From: Myxococcales bacterium
GTDB taxonomy: Bacteria; Myxococcota_A; Polyangia; Polyangiales; DASUME01
DNA length: 64,000 nt
Assembly (NCBI GenBank): GCA_047601445.1
Contig: JASGJH010000001.1
Location: 960,001-1,024,000, forward strand
Direction: 5' to 3'
Part shown: positions 47,153 to 57,518 of the stretch, piece after piece
Numbering within the stretch: the stretch's first letter is position 1
Layout of the letters: every line of letters begins with the position of its first letter
Made by a program: the position numbers and the translations under genes
The notes under the pieces: model-generated
What the model was told of the DNA's origin: nothing
The model's database searches: none
The model's input: the letters and a program-made list of their open reading frames with translations, nothing else

Positions 47153-47205
47153 GGGGCGGGTTCGAGCGGGCTGCGGAAGCGGACACGGGGCGCTATAAAG
47201 GCCGC

Positions 47206-48669
47206 ATGCCCAGCGCATATGAAGCGGTGATCGGACTCGAGGTCCACGCCCAGCTGCTCACCAAGTCCAAGCTGTTCTGTGGTTGCGACACGTCCTTCGG
47301 CGCGGAGCCCAACACGCAGGTCTGTCCGGTGTGTCTCGGGTTGCCCGGAGCTCTCCCTGTGCCCAACGCGCAGGCCATCCACCTGGCCATGCGGGCGGGG
47401 CTGTCGCTCGGCTGCGAGATCGAGCGCAAGAGCCGCTTCGCGCGCAAAAATTACTTCTATCCGGATCTGGCCAAGGGCTATCAAATCTCGCAGTTCGAGC
47501 TCCCGCTCAACGGTCACGGCAAGCTCGTCATCGAGAGCGACGGCGTGGAGCGCGAGGTGAGCATCACGCGCATCCACGTCGAGGAAGACGCTGCCAAGAA
47601 CATCCACGGTGCGGGCGGCTCCAACGAGACGCTGGTGGATTTCAACCGTGCGGGCGTGGCGCTGATCGAGATCGTGGGCGGTCCGGATCTGCGTAGTTCG
47701 GCGGAAGCGGAGTCGTACCTGCGGCGCCTGCGCGAGGTGCTGCTGTTCGCGGGTGTGAACGACGGCAACCTCGAGGAAGGATCGTTCCGCTGCGACGCCA
47801 ACGTCTCCATCCGTCCGCGCGGCTCGGACAAGTTGGGCACGCGTACGGAGATCAAGAACATCAACTCGTTCCGCTTCGTGCGTAAGGCCATCGACTACGA
47901 GATCGAGCGCCAAGAGATCGTGATCTCGGGCGGCGGCAGCATCGTGCAGGAGACGCGCACCTGGAACGATAACCAGGGCAAGACCCTGAGCATGCGCAGC
48001 AAAGAGGACGCGCACGACTACCGCTACTTCCCGGACCCCGACTTGCCCCCGCTGGTGATCAGCGACGCGATGTTCGCGGCCGCCAAGGACAGCGTGCCCG
48101 AGCTGCCGAGGCAGGTGCGCGATCGCTGGCAGGCCGAGCTCGCGCTCACCGCCTACGATGCCACGGTGCTCAGCGCGCACCCCGAGCTCGCGCGTTTCTT
48201 CGAGCAGGCCGCCGAGGTGTGCCGGGAGAGGAGCGGCGACACCAAGCAGGGGGCCGCCAAGCGCGTGGCCAACTTCATTCAGGCCGAGGCGCTGCGCTAC
48301 ACGAACACCGAGGGCTTGCACGCCACCTTCCCGGCCACGGCCTCGCAGATCGGCTCACTCTGCGCGCTCGTCCACAAGGGCAGCATCAGCGGCAAGATGG
48401 CCAAGGACGTGTTCGAGACGATGCGCGAGAGCGGCAAGGATCCCGAGCTCATCGTGTCGGAGCAGGGCTTGGCTCAGGTCTCGGATACGGGTGCCATCGA
48501 GGGCGCGGTGCGCGAGGTGCTCGCCAAGAACGAGAAGCAGGTGGCGCAGTTCAAGGGCGGCAACGAGAAGCTCTTCGGGTTCTTCGTAGGGCAGGTGATG
48601 AAAGCCACCAAGGGCTCCGCCAACCCCACCTTGGTCAACGACGTGCTCAAGCGGTTGTTGTCCGAATGA
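47206..48669 (+). CDS. gatB: Asp/Glu-tRNA amidotransferase subunit B
   Basis: [34 protein letters not shown]. Confidence 0.97.
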   Translation: MPSAYEAVIGLEVHAQLLTKSKLFCGCDTSFGAEPNTQVCPVCLGLPGALPVPNAQAIHLAMRAGLSLGCEIERKSRFARKNYFYPDLAKGYQISQFELPLNGHGKLVIESDGVEREVSITRIHVEEDAAKNIHGAGGSNETLVDFNRAGVALIEIVGGPDLRSSAEAESYLRRLREVLLFAGVNDGNLEEGSFRCDANVSIRPRGSDKLGTRTEIKNINSFRFVRKAIDYEIERQEIVISGGGSIVQETRTWNDNQGKTLSMRSKEDAHDYRYFPDPDLPPLVISDAMFAAAKDSVPELPRQVRDRWQAELALTAYDATVLSAHPELARFFEQAAEVCRERSGDTKQGAAKRVANFIQAEALRYTNTEGLHATFPATASQIGSLCALVHKGSISGKMAKDVFETMRESGKDPELIVSEQGLAQVSDTGAIEGAVREVLAKNEKQVAQFKGGNEKLFGFFVGQVMKATKGSANPTLVNDVLKRLLSE

Positions 48670-49748
48670 GCATCCTCTCGCGCGAGCCCCTGTCGGGCGC
48701 GGACTACTTTGCTGTCGAGTACGACCCGCGGAGTCACGAGGTCGTGATGCTTGACCAGCGTCGCTTGCCGACCGAGGTGGTGTACCACCGCTATCGCAAG
48801 CCCGATGAGGTCGCCGTCGCCATCCGGGACATGGTGGTGCGGGGGGCGCCTGCCATCGGAATCGCCGCGGCCTACGCCCTGGCGCTTCAAGCGCACCTCG
48901 AGCGCGGGGCGCCTCAAGTGTTCTTGATGGCGAACGGCGTGGCGGGCCGAGTGCTCGGGCAGACGCGCCCGACCGCGGTGAACTTGGCCTGGGCCATCGG
49001 ACGCATGGCGCGCGCAGCGGGCGAGGCGGCGCAGCTGGACCCCGAAGCGCGCGCCCAGCGCATGCTGGCGGAGGCCGAGGCGATCCACCGGGAAGACGTC
49101 CTGGCCTGTCGCGAGATGGGGCGACTCGGCGCGAGCGAGGTGCCCGACGGGGCCACTATCCTCACGCATTGCAATGCGGGGGCGCTTGCCACCGGCGGCT
49201 ATGGCACGGCGCTCGGCGTGATCCGGGCGGCGCGCGAGGCGGGCAAGCGCGTGCGCGTGCTGGCGGACGAGACGCGGCCCTATTTGCAGGGCGCACGGCT
49301 CACGGCCTGGGAACTGCACCGCGATGGCATCGAGGTCGAGGTCATCACCGACAGCATGGCCGGGCACTTCTTCCAGCGGGGCGAGATTCAGTTCGTGGTG
49401 GTGGGTAGCGACCGCATCGCGAAGAACGGGGACGTCGCCAACAAGATCGGCACCTACGGGGTCGCGGTGTTGGCGCGCGCCCACGGTGTGCCCTTCACGG
49501 TGGCGGCACCCTGGAGCACGGTCGACCTGCGCACGCCCGATGGCGCGGCGATTCCCATTGAGGAGCGCTCGCGCGAGGAGGTCGTGCGTGTCGGAGGGGC
49601 ATTGTTGGTAAGCGAAGGCATCGGCGTGCGCCATCCCGCCTTCGACGTGACCCCTGCCGGACTGGTGGATGCGGTGTTCACGGAGCGCGGCGTGTTCCGG
49701 CCGAAAGCCGGGGAGACGCCGGAGCGCCTCCTTCCGCGATCGCCCTGA
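48666..49748 (+). CDS. mtnA: S-methyl-5-thioribose-1-phosphate isomerase
   Basis: [44 protein letters not shown] overlap with gatB. Confidence 0.93.
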   Translation: MSILSREPLSGADYFAVEYDPRSHEVVMLDQRRLPTEVVYHRYRKPDEVAVAIRDMVVRGAPAIGIAAAYALALQAHLERGAPQVFLMANGVAGRVLGQTRPTAVNLAWAIGRMARAAGEAAQLDPEARAQRMLAEAEAIHREDVLACREMGRLGASEVPDGATILTHCNAGALATGGYGTALGVIRAAREAGKRVRVLADETRPYLQGARLTAWELHRDGIEVEVITDSMAGHFFQRGEIQFVVVGSDRIAKNGDVANKIGTYGVAVLARAHGVPFTVAAPWSTVDLRTPDGAAIPIEERSREEVVRVGGALLVSEGIGVRHPAFDVTPAGLVDAVFTERGVFRPKAGETPERLLPRSP

Positions 49749-49762
49749 GCGGTGAAGAAAGC

Positions 49763-50821
49763 CTAGAGCCGCATCAGGGCCGCGCCCCAGTTCAAGCCGG
49801 CGCCGAGGGCCAGGAAACACAGCAGCTGACCCTGCTTGAGCTGACCGGAGCGGGAGAGCTCGTCGAACAGGATGGGGATGGTGGCACCCGAGGTGTTGCC
49901 ATAGCGGGCGATGTTCGAGGGAACGCGTGAGGGCTCGACCTTCAGCGCATCGACCACGGCCTGATTGATGCGGTCGTTGGCTTGGTGCGCCAGGAACCAG
50001 TCGACGGATCCGAGCGGGACCTCGTGGCGAGCGCAGAGCGCCCGCACCACTTGGGGGAGCTTTTGCACGGCGCCCTTGAAGAGGTCCTTGCCGCTCATGC
50101 GTGGAATGTAGTCCTCGTTCTTCACCATCTCGACCGTGAGGGCAGGGCGACGCCGAAAGCCACCCGCCTCGACACGCAGCGCACCATGGGCGCGGCCGTC
50201 CGAGTGCACCATGCAGCCGAGCAAGCCACCGCCAGGGACCTCGGACTTGCGCATGACGAGGGCGCCTGCACCGTCACCGAACAACACCGAGAGCCCGCGA
50301 TGACGGGTGGCCATCTCGTAGTCGGCCTCTTCCGCGCGGCCTTCCACGTCGCCCTCCAGCAGCTCCCAATCGCGCCAGGGCATGAAGCCCGCATGGGCTT
50401 CGGCACCGATCACCAGGACGTTGTGCGCAGCACCCGTGTTCACCAGCCCGTCCGCCACCTGGAAGCTGAAGGGCATGGCGGCGCACTGCTGACGCACGTC
50501 CAGTGCGGGCACCCCCGGGATGCCGAGCTTGGCACCCAGCAACGCCCCCGAGCCTGGAAAGACGTAGTCGGGGGTCATGGTGTTGAAGACGATGTAGTCG
50601 ATGTCTTCGGGCGCGATGCCGGCGGACTCGATGGCGCGCTGCGCTGCCGGGACCGCGAGATCGCTGGCACCTACGCCCTCGGGGGCGTAGTGGCGTTGCT
50701 CGATGCCGGAGCGTTGCTTGATCCAGTCGTGGTTGGTGTCCATCACGCGCGCGAGCGCTGCGTTGGTCACAGCTTTTTCGGGCGTATGGCGCCCCGAGCC
50801 GATGATCGTGATGCCGGGCAT
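49763..50821 (-). CDS. fabH: 3-oxoacyl-ACP synthase III family protein
   Basis: Cys-His-Asn triad (QQCA, AHQAN, GNTS), FGDGAGA. Confidence 0.85.
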   Translation of the reverse strand: MPGITIIGSGRHTPEKAVTNAALARVMDTNHDWIKQRSGIEQRHYAPEGVGASDLAVPAAQRAIESAGIAPEDIDYIVFNTMTPDYVFPGSGALLGAKLGIPGVPALDVRQQCAAMPFSFQVADGLVNTGAAHNVLVIGAEAHAGFMPWRDWELLEGDVEGRAEEADYEMATRHRGLSVLFGDGAGALVMRKSEVPGGGLLGCMVHSDGRAHGALRVEAGGFRRRPALTVEMVKNEDYIPRMSGKDLFKGAVQKLPQVVRALCARHEVPLGSVDWFLAHQANDRINQAVVDALKVEPSRVPSNIARYGNTSGATIPILFDELSRSGQLKQGQLLCFLALGAGLNWGAALMRL

Positions 50822-50961
50822 GCAGGAACCCCGTTTCGTTCGCCGATCTGAGCGAAGAAACTAGCAGTGGGTTCGGCGGAAGTCGAAGTTGACGAGCGTA
50901 CGCGCAAGTTGCCAATGACTACATGGCGCGTGCACGTGTCGCGCTCGTCACACCCCCGACG

Positions 50962-52251
50962 TCACTTCATCTGTTCGTTGCGCCACTGATCTTCTGGGCG
51001 CTCACGCTTGCGGATGACGTGGAACTGCGGGCCATCGACCAGCACCTCGCAGGCGCGCGGTCGACTGTTGTAGTTGCTGCCCATGCTGGCTCCGTAGGCG
51101 CCCGCGCCGCGCAAGACGAGGAGGTCGCCGCGGTTCAAGCTCGGCAGGGCGCGGTCGAGGGCCAAGAAGTCGCCGCTCTCGCAGACGGGGCCCACCACGT
51201 CGGCGGGCGTGTGCGGGGCGTCGTGGGCGGCCGCGCGCACGGGCACGATCGCGTGGTAGGCGTCGTACAATGCGGGCCGGATGAGCTCGGTCATGGCGGC
51301 GTCCACGATGACGAAGCGTTTCTCCGCCTGTTCCTTCACGAAGATCACCTGCGTGAGGAGCACGCCGGCATCTCCGACGATGCAGCGACCGGGTTCGACG
51401 ATGAGCTGGAGGCCGAGCTCCGCCGCGCCGCCGCGCACGAGTCCCTCGCGGATGGCCGCGCCGAAGGCGCTGTAGGGCTCCGGCGCCTGCTCCTCGTCGC
51501 CGTAGGAGATGGGCCAGCCGCCGCCAGCGTCGATGGTGGTGAGCGGAGCGCCCGCGGCCTTGAACTCGACGGCGAGACGCGCCACGGCCTCCACCGCGTC
51601 GCGCATGGCGACCGAGCCGCCGATCAGCGAACCGATGTGCGAGGCGAGGCCTTCGAGGTGTAGGTGCGGGCTCTTGAGGATGCGCGGCAGCAGCTCGCGC
51701 GCGCTCTCGACCGCGATGCCGAACTTGCTCTTCTTGAGGCCGGTCGCGATGTAGGCGTGGGTCTTGGGATCCACGTTGGGATTGACGCGCAGCGCGATGG
51801 GGGCGGGGCGACCCATGCGAGCCGCGATGGCCTCCACGGCGTCGAGCTCGGGCGCGCTCTCCACGTGCAGCGAACGCACGCCCACGGCCAGGGCGCTCTC
51901 GATCTCTGCGTCCGTCTTGCCGACGCCGCTGAACACGATGCGTTCGGCCGGGATGCCCGCTTCGAGCGCGCGCGCGAGCTCGCCGCCCGACACGATGTCC
52001 GCGCCGCAGCCGAGCTTCCCCAGGCGCTTCAAGATGGCGAGGTTGCTGTTGGCCTTGACGGCGTAGCAAATCTGGTGAGGCGTGTGGGCGAGCGCCTGAT
52101 CGACCGTGTTGTAGGCCTGACGAATCGCGTTCCAGCTGTACACGTAGGTGGGCGAGCCGACTTCCTTGGCGATGCTCGCCAGGTCGACTGCCTCGCAGTG
52201 CAGCGCGCCGTTGCGATAGACGAAGAAACTGGACTCCGGAATCTTGGACAC
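50962..52251 (-). CDS. lysA: diaminopimelate decarboxylase
   Basis: YAVKAN, HIGS, EPGR, GPVCESGD, AGAYG; GAGGAG before GTG 52251. Confidence 0.95.
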   Translation of the reverse strand: MSKIPESSFFVYRNGALHCEAVDLASIAKEVGSPTYVYSWNAIRQAYNTVDQALAHTPHQICYAVKANSNLAILKRLGKLGCGADIVSGGELARALEAGIPAERIVFSGVGKTDAEIESALAVGVRSLHVESAPELDAVEAIAARMGRPAPIALRVNPNVDPKTHAYIATGLKKSKFGIAVESARELLPRILKSPHLHLEGLASHIGSLIGGSVAMRDAVEAVARLAVEFKAAGAPLTTIDAGGGWPISYGDEEQAPEPYSAFGAAIREGLVRGGAAELGLQLIVEPGRCIVGDAGVLLTQVIFVKEQAEKRFVIVDAAMTELIRPALYDAYHAIVPVRAAAHDAPHTPADVVGPVCESGDFLALDRALPSLNRGDLLVLRGAGAYGASMGSNYNSRPRACEVLVDGPQFHVIRKRERPEDQWRNEQMK

Positions 52252-52262
52252 GGACTCACTCC

Positions 52263-53654
52263 TCAAGCTGGGCGCCGCGCACTGAGGCGCGCATCGAGTT
52301 CAGAGAGCTGCGAAAGAACCTGGGCGCGCGCTGGGCCGCCGTAGACGTCGCGGCGTTCCACGATGGTCTCGGGATCGAGGGCCGCAAAGATGTCTTGCTC
52401 GAAGGAGGGATTCTCCTCGCGCAGCTGGGCCAGGCTGAGCTCGGCGAGCACCTTGCCCTCGCGCACCGCCTTGGCCACGAGCCGGCCGGCCACGTGATGG
52501 GCCTCGCGGAAGGGCACGCCCTTGGCGGCCAGGTAGTCGGCGATTTCCGTGGCGTCGAGGAAGCCCTCGCGCAGTGCCCGGCGCAGCGCGTCCGGGCGGA
52601 AGCGGGCTCCTTCCAGGGCGCCCGCCAAGACCTCGAGGCAGGCATCGACCGTGTCGAAGGCATCGAACACCGGAGGCTTGTCTTCCTGGAGGTCGCGGTT
52701 GTAGGCGAGCGGCAGACCCTTGAGCAGCACCAGCATGGTCACCAGGTCGCCCACCACGCGGCCGGTCTTGCCGCGCACGAGCTCCGCCATATCCGGGTTC
52801 TTCTTCTGCGGCATCATTGAGGAGCCGGTCGTGAAGGCGTCGCTCATCTGCATGAAGCCGAACTCCTGGGTGCTCCAGAGCACGAGCTCCTCGGAGATGC
52901 GCGAGAGGTGCACCGCGCAGTTGGCCAGAGCGCTCAGGGCCTCGACCAGGAAGTCGCGGTCGGCAGTGGCGTCGAGCGAGTTGCGCGTGGGACGCGCGAA
53001 GCCGAGCGCGCGCGCCGTCATGTCGCGATCGAGAGGGAACGTGGTGGCAGCCAGCGCACCCGAGCCGAGTGGGCACTCGTTCATGCGGCGGGCAGCGTCT
53101 TCGAGGCGACCCCGGTCGCGCTCGAGCATCTCGCTCCAGGCCAGGATGTGGTGGGCGAGCCGCACAGGCTGCGCGCGCTGAAGGTGCGTGTAGCCGGGCA
53201 TCAGGACGTCCACATTGGCGCGCGCCTGGACCGCCAGCACACGCTGCAGGGCGTCGATGCGGCCCATGGTCGCGTGACAGGCCTCGCGCGTCCACAAGCG
53301 CATGTCGGTGGCGACCTGGTCGTTGCGGCTGCGGCCCGTATGCAGACGGCCGCCTGCGGCACCGATGCGCTCGGTGAGCAAGGCTTCGATGTTCATGTGC
53401 ACGTCTTCGCGCGCGTCGTCCCAGCGCATCTCGCCGCGCTCGATCTCCCCGCGAATCACCTCGAGGCCGGCGCTGATTTGGGCGGCGTCCTCAGGCGAGA
53501 TCACGCCGCGGGCCGCGAGCATGGCCGCGTGCGCCTTGGAACCCCGAATGTCCTGATCTGCAAGACGCTTGTCCACCGCCACGCTGGCGCTGAACTTGGC
53601 CGCCACTTCGGCGGGCTCCTGCTCGAACCGTCCTCCCCAAGCCTTGTCTGACAT
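52263..53654 (-). CDS. argH: argininosuccinate lyase
   Basis: WGGRF, HTGRSRNDQ, GYTHLQ, GSSMMPQKKNPD. Confidence 0.96.
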   Translation of the reverse strand: MSDKAWGGRFEQEPAEVAAKFSASVAVDKRLADQDIRGSKAHAAMLAARGVISPEDAAQISAGLEVIRGEIERGEMRWDDAREDVHMNIEALLTERIGAAGGRLHTGRSRNDQVATDMRLWTREACHATMGRIDALQRVLAVQARANVDVLMPGYTHLQRAQPVRLAHHILAWSEMLERDRGRLEDAARRMNECPLGSGALAATTFPLDRDMTARALGFARPTRNSLDATADRDFLVEALSALANCAVHLSRISEELVLWSTQEFGFMQMSDAFTTGSSMMPQKKNPDMAELVRGKTGRVVGDLVTMLVLLKGLPLAYNRDLQEDKPPVFDAFDTVDACLEVLAGALEGARFRPDALRRALREGFLDATEIADYLAAKGVPFREAHHVAGRLVAKAVREGKVLAELSLAQLREENPSFEQDIFAALDPETIVERRDVYGGPARAQVLSQLSELDARLSARRPA

Positions 53655-53715
53655 CGCGATCCTCGTCACCGGGAGCCGTCTCGACTCCTCGAAAAATAGC
53701 GGCGTTTGGCCGTTT

Positions 53716-55980
53716 TCAATTGCGCCGGAACAGACCCGACAGGGGGCCGCGCCCGACAACCCTGGGGCGGCTCGGGGTATTGCGCAAGATGCGCGCCGCT
53801 CCGGGCAGCGCCCAGGCGTCCAGGAGCAGCGAAATCGCCAGCACGAACACCGGATGCATCACGCAGAGAGCCGCCGCCGCGCCCAGCAAGCCGCCGCCGC
53901 CCAACGCCACCGTCAACGTCACCTGGGCGGCCCGCCTTGCTTGCTGCGCCACCACCAGGGCTTCGGCCGCGTCTCGCAGGTCGCCGGAGGCCACCGCCAC
54001 GTCACCCTCGAGCGCGCTGCCTGCGCCTTCGAGGGCCAGCGCGATGTCGGCGGCCGACAAGGTGAGCTCGTCCGCCGGCGCACGCCCGATCACCGCGACC
54101 ACGCCGCCGGCTTCACGCAAGCGGCCCACTTCCACCGCGCGCTCCTCGCTGGTGAGTTCGGCCTTCACGTGGGTGATATCGAGCGTACGCGCGAGCGCTT
54201 CGACGCTGGTGCGGTGGTCGCCCGAGAGCAGCACCACCTCCACGTCCAGGTCGATCAACCGCTGGACTGCGCCGCGCGCCTCGGGACGCACCGGATCTTC
54301 GAAGATCAGCAGTCCCTGGGCACGGCCCCCAAGAGACAAGAACAACACCGTGCGCCCTTCGGCCTCGGCGCGCTGCGCTTCGCGGTCGGCCACCGCCACG
54401 CTCACGCCCGAGTTCAGCAAGGACTGTCGATTGCCCAGCGCCAGGGCCCCCCCGCCATCCACCAAGCCTGTCACGCCGCGTCCGCGCGTGTATACCGCGC
54501 GCCGCAGGGGCTTGGGCTCGATGCCGCGCTCCTCGCCGAAGCGACGCACCGCGTCGGCCAGTGGGTGGGGCTCGGCCACTTGCTCGGCCCCCAATGCGAG
54601 CGCAGCCAGCTCACGGTGATCCTGATCGCGGTTGAGCGGGCTCACCTCCAGCAAGGTACACACGCCCTGGGTCACGGTGCCGTCGGTGCAGAGGGCGGCG
54701 GCCGTGACGCGACCGCTGCGTTCCATGGTCACCGCGTCGCGAAAGACCATGCCGCGCGAGGCGGCACGGGCGCTCGCCGAGACGAACGGCAAGGTGACCC
54801 CGCGCACCAGGGATAGCGCGGGAAAGGCCAGCAGTGCCGCGCCGAGGCCGCCGAGCGCCACCGCGAGGTCGCGGGCGAAGGCCAGCGCGAACAAGGTGGC
54901 GAGGGCGGCGTAGGCGATGCCCGCCGTGCGAGAACGCGCCCAGGCCGCGATGCGCGTGACCTGAGCCGAACCTGGCGCTCCGCCGAGGCCGAAGCTTACC
55001 GGGCGAAACAGGGCTCGCGCATCGCCCACGCGGGTGGCACTCACGCGCAGGGCGCCCTCGACCACGCGAGCGCCTGCGAGCAATGCATCGCCCGCGCGCC
55101 GTACGACCTTGTCGCTGGCGCCCGGGTGAGGCAGCACCTGCGCCTCACCGAAGGAGATCACGCCGTCGACGGGCACCACGTCGTCTGCACCGACCACGAC
55201 CTCGTCGCCCGCACGCAACGTGGCGGTGAGCGCGGCGGTGGAGGCCAGCGGATCGCCGAGCAGATCACTGGTGGCCAGGCGCGCTGCCAAGGGCACGCGG
55301 CTGCGCAGCTCGGTGACCAAGCGATCGATGGGCTCCTGGGCGCGCCGCGCCATGTACTCGCGCGCCCAGATCGTGAGCACGCCCAGAGCTGCGGCAGCGA
55401 ACCATGGCCCACGCGAGGGCGCCAGCAGCCCAGCCAGGCTGACCAGCGCGACACCGAGCGGTGCCGCGGACCAAGCGACCACCCCGACTTCGCTGCGTTG
55501 AACGCTGGAGGCCAGGGTCACCCATGCTCCGCAGGCCACCAACAACAGCGCTCCGCTCGCACCCGCGGCGGTGCCGGGCAAGAAGGCACAGCCGACCGCC
55601 AAACCGGTGAGCACCAGCGGCCAGGCGGAGAGAGGCGCAAGCGGCGGTGGAGGCGCGCGCTCCGGCGTCGGCTCCCGCACCAGGATCTGCACCAGTTCCT
55701 CACCGCGCTCACCCAGCGCGTGGTCGAGCATCATCGGGCGCACGGAAAGCGGGCGCGACGCGTCGGCTCGGCGATAGTTCTCCTGGCATTCGAAGCTGCA
55801 GAAGTAGCGCAGCCCACGGTCCAGCATGATGACGGCAGGGGCACGCAACGGATCAACGCCAGCCGAGCAAGCTGCACAGCTCACCGACGGTTCGTACGGC
55901 ATGCGCTCTGGCGCGCTTCGGACCTCGGGCTCCGACACCGGTCCTGCACTAGCAGGTGATCCCGGCTGTCTCCAGCTCAC
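53716..55980 (-). CDS. degenerate P1B-type ATPase homologue with N-terminal TRASH/YHS-like domain (probable pseudoenzyme)
   Basis: Collinear A, N and P domain remnants (GDEVVV..VPVDG, HPLA, GRGV, LSGD), but DKTGT reads CTDGT, CPx reads FPA, GDGxND reads GRAPAD and TGE is absent. Confidence 0.8.
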   Translation of the reverse strand: MSWRQPGSPASAGPVSEPEVRSAPERMPYEPSVSCAACSAGVDPLRAPAVIMLDRGLRYFCSFECQENYRRADASRPLSVRPMMLDHALGERGEELVQILVREPTPERAPPPPLAPLSAWPLVLTGLAVGCAFLPGTAAGASGALLLVACGAWVTLASSVQRSEVGVVAWSAAPLGVALVSLAGLLAPSRGPWFAAAALGVLTIWAREYMARRAQEPIDRLVTELRSRVPLAARLATSDLLGDPLASTAALTATLRAGDEVVVGADDVVPVDGVISFGEAQVLPHPGASDKVVRRAGDALLAGARVVEGALRVSATRVGDARALFRPVSFGLGGAPGSAQVTRIAAWARSRTAGIAYAALATLFALAFARDLAVALGGLGAALLAFPALSLVRGVTLPFVSASARAASRGMVFRDAVTMERSGRVTAAALCTDGTVTQGVCTLLEVSPLNRDQDHRELAALALGAEQVAEPHPLADAVRRFGEERGIEPKPLRRAVYTRGRGVTGLVDGGGALALGNRQSLLNSGVSVAVADREAQRAEAEGRTVLFLSLGGRAQGLLIFEDPVRPEARGAVQRLIDLDVEVVLLSGDHRTSVEALARTLDITHVKAELTSEERAVEVGRLREAGGVVAVIGRAPADELTLSAADIALALEGAGSALEGDVAVASGDLRDAAEALVVAQQARRAAQVTLTVALGGGGLLGAAAALCVMHPVFVLAISLLLDAWALPGAARILRNTPSRPRVVGRGPLSGLFRRN

Positions 55981-57467
55981 GACCCCTGTTCGATGGCGTA
56001 GGGCACGCCCGTGTCCAGCAGCACGCTGGTTCCTTCACCTACACCGGCCAACACCCCGTGCCAGGCGCTGGGCAGCTCGGGCAGGGTCCAGAAGAACAGC
56101 CAGCGCGCGTCTCGCGGAGCGAGGTTCACGCAACCATGGCTGCGCGGGTGCCCAAAGCGCTCGTGCCAGAAGGCCGCGTGCAGCGCATAGCTACCGAGAA
56201 AGTACATGGTCCACGGGACGTCTTCGATGCTGTAGGGCCCGTCGGTGGCGAGATCGTCGGCCATCGTCGTGGTCACGTGCTTGGCGTGGAGACGAAAAAG
56301 TCCAGTCGGGGTCGCATGGTCCGGGAGGCCCGACGAGACCAACGTGGCGAACACCGGCACTTCACCTTCGTAAGCGGTCAGGGTCTGGCGATCGAGATCG
56401 ACCCGGATCCAGCGCTCGTTGCGCGGCACGAGCTTCGGCCGCGCCAGCTTGTCGACGATGCGAATGGCCGTGTCCCGCAGCAAGAGGCCATCTTTGGTCA
56501 CGAAGTAGCGTCGCCCGGCTTTGACTAGGGACTCTCCGGTCAGGGAGTGAGCGCTGTGTACGGGCCAGTCGCCCCCGACCTTAACCAGCTCCCCAGTGAC
56601 GGGGTCCTTGCGCAGGATGGGAGCTCCGCCGCGGTACACGAAAGCCATGGGCAAGCTGAAGCGCTCGCCCAGCGTGACCCCGAGCCCCTGCGGCTGCTTG
56701 GCCTCCACCAGCTGCTCGGCCCGCACGAGCCCGCCGCGCACCGTGCGGAAGAAGCGGCGTGCGTCCAGCGTGTCTTCGAGTTCGCGATCGACACTTACGT
56801 AGAAGCCCGGCTGCATGCGCATGCGGAGCAGAGACGGAAACAGTGGTACGCCGGCGTCGGCGTCCACGCCCGCGTCGCTCGGCAGGTTGGCCAGGGTCGC
56901 GTTGACGGCTTGCTCTTCCTGCACCGTCGGCAGGCGCAGGAACTGCGCAGGCTGACCCGCCACGACCTTGCGATAGGGATAGGGCAGCGGGTCCGAGAGC
57001 GCTGGGAGGAGCGGGCTGTCTTCATAGGCCGGCGCCCGGCTGTCGATGGCCACGCCGTCCCCGTTGCACACGAAGCCGCCGCCCGAGACCTCGAACCAAC
57101 CTCGCGCGCAATCGCGGCGCGAGATCTCTTCGCTGGCCCGGAAGCGAGCCCCGCGTCGCAAGTAGCCCACGGCGCGCGCGCCGCGCTTGGGCGCGTCGAA
57201 CACGTGAGCCATGTGATACGTCGTGACGCCAAAGGCCGGATAGCGCTTGGCCACATCGTCGGCCTCGCCCAACCAGGGACCCCGCGCGCGTCGCGCCGGC
57301 GCTTGCGCCGAGCTGGGAGGCGTCGGAGGCTCGAGCTCGGGTACCTCGGGGAGCGCCTCGCCGTCTTCGCTGGCCGCTTCCGCCGCCTCATCGACGACCG
57401 GATCGGACTCCAGCTCCACGCAGGACAGACAGGTGATGACGACCAGCAGAGCGAGCAACGAGCGCAC
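55977..57467 (-). CDS. L,D-transpeptidase (YkuD) lipoprotein
   Basis: Lipobox CLS-C; HAAFWH...SHGCVNL catalytic motif. Confidence 0.9.
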   Translation of the reverse strand: MRSLLALLVVITCLSCVELESDPVVDEAAEAASEDGEALPEVPELEPPTPPSSAQAPARRARGPWLGEADDVAKRYPAFGVTTYHMAHVFDAPKRGARAVGYLRRGARFRASEEISRRDCARGWFEVSGGGFVCNGDGVAIDSRAPAYEDSPLLPALSDPLPYPYRKVVAGQPAQFLRLPTVQEEQAVNATLANLPSDAGVDADAGVPLFPSLLRMRMQPGFYVSVDRELEDTLDARRFFRTVRGGLVRAEQLVEAKQPQGLGVTLGERFSLPMAFVYRGGAPILRKDPVTGELVKVGGDWPVHSAHSLTGESLVKAGRRYFVTKDGLLLRDTAIRIVDKLARPKLVPRNERWIRVDLDRQTLTAYEGEVPVFATLVSSGLPDHATPTGLFRLHAKHVTTTMADDLATDGPYSIEDVPWTMYFLGSYALHAAFWHERFGHPRSHGCVNLAPRDARWLFFWTLPELPSAWHGVLAGVGEGTSVLLDTGVPYAIEQGS

Positions 57468-57518
57468 CCTTAGCCGGTCGCATACTCGAGCCTGCGGCGT
57501 CCAGAAAGCGGCGAGCGC

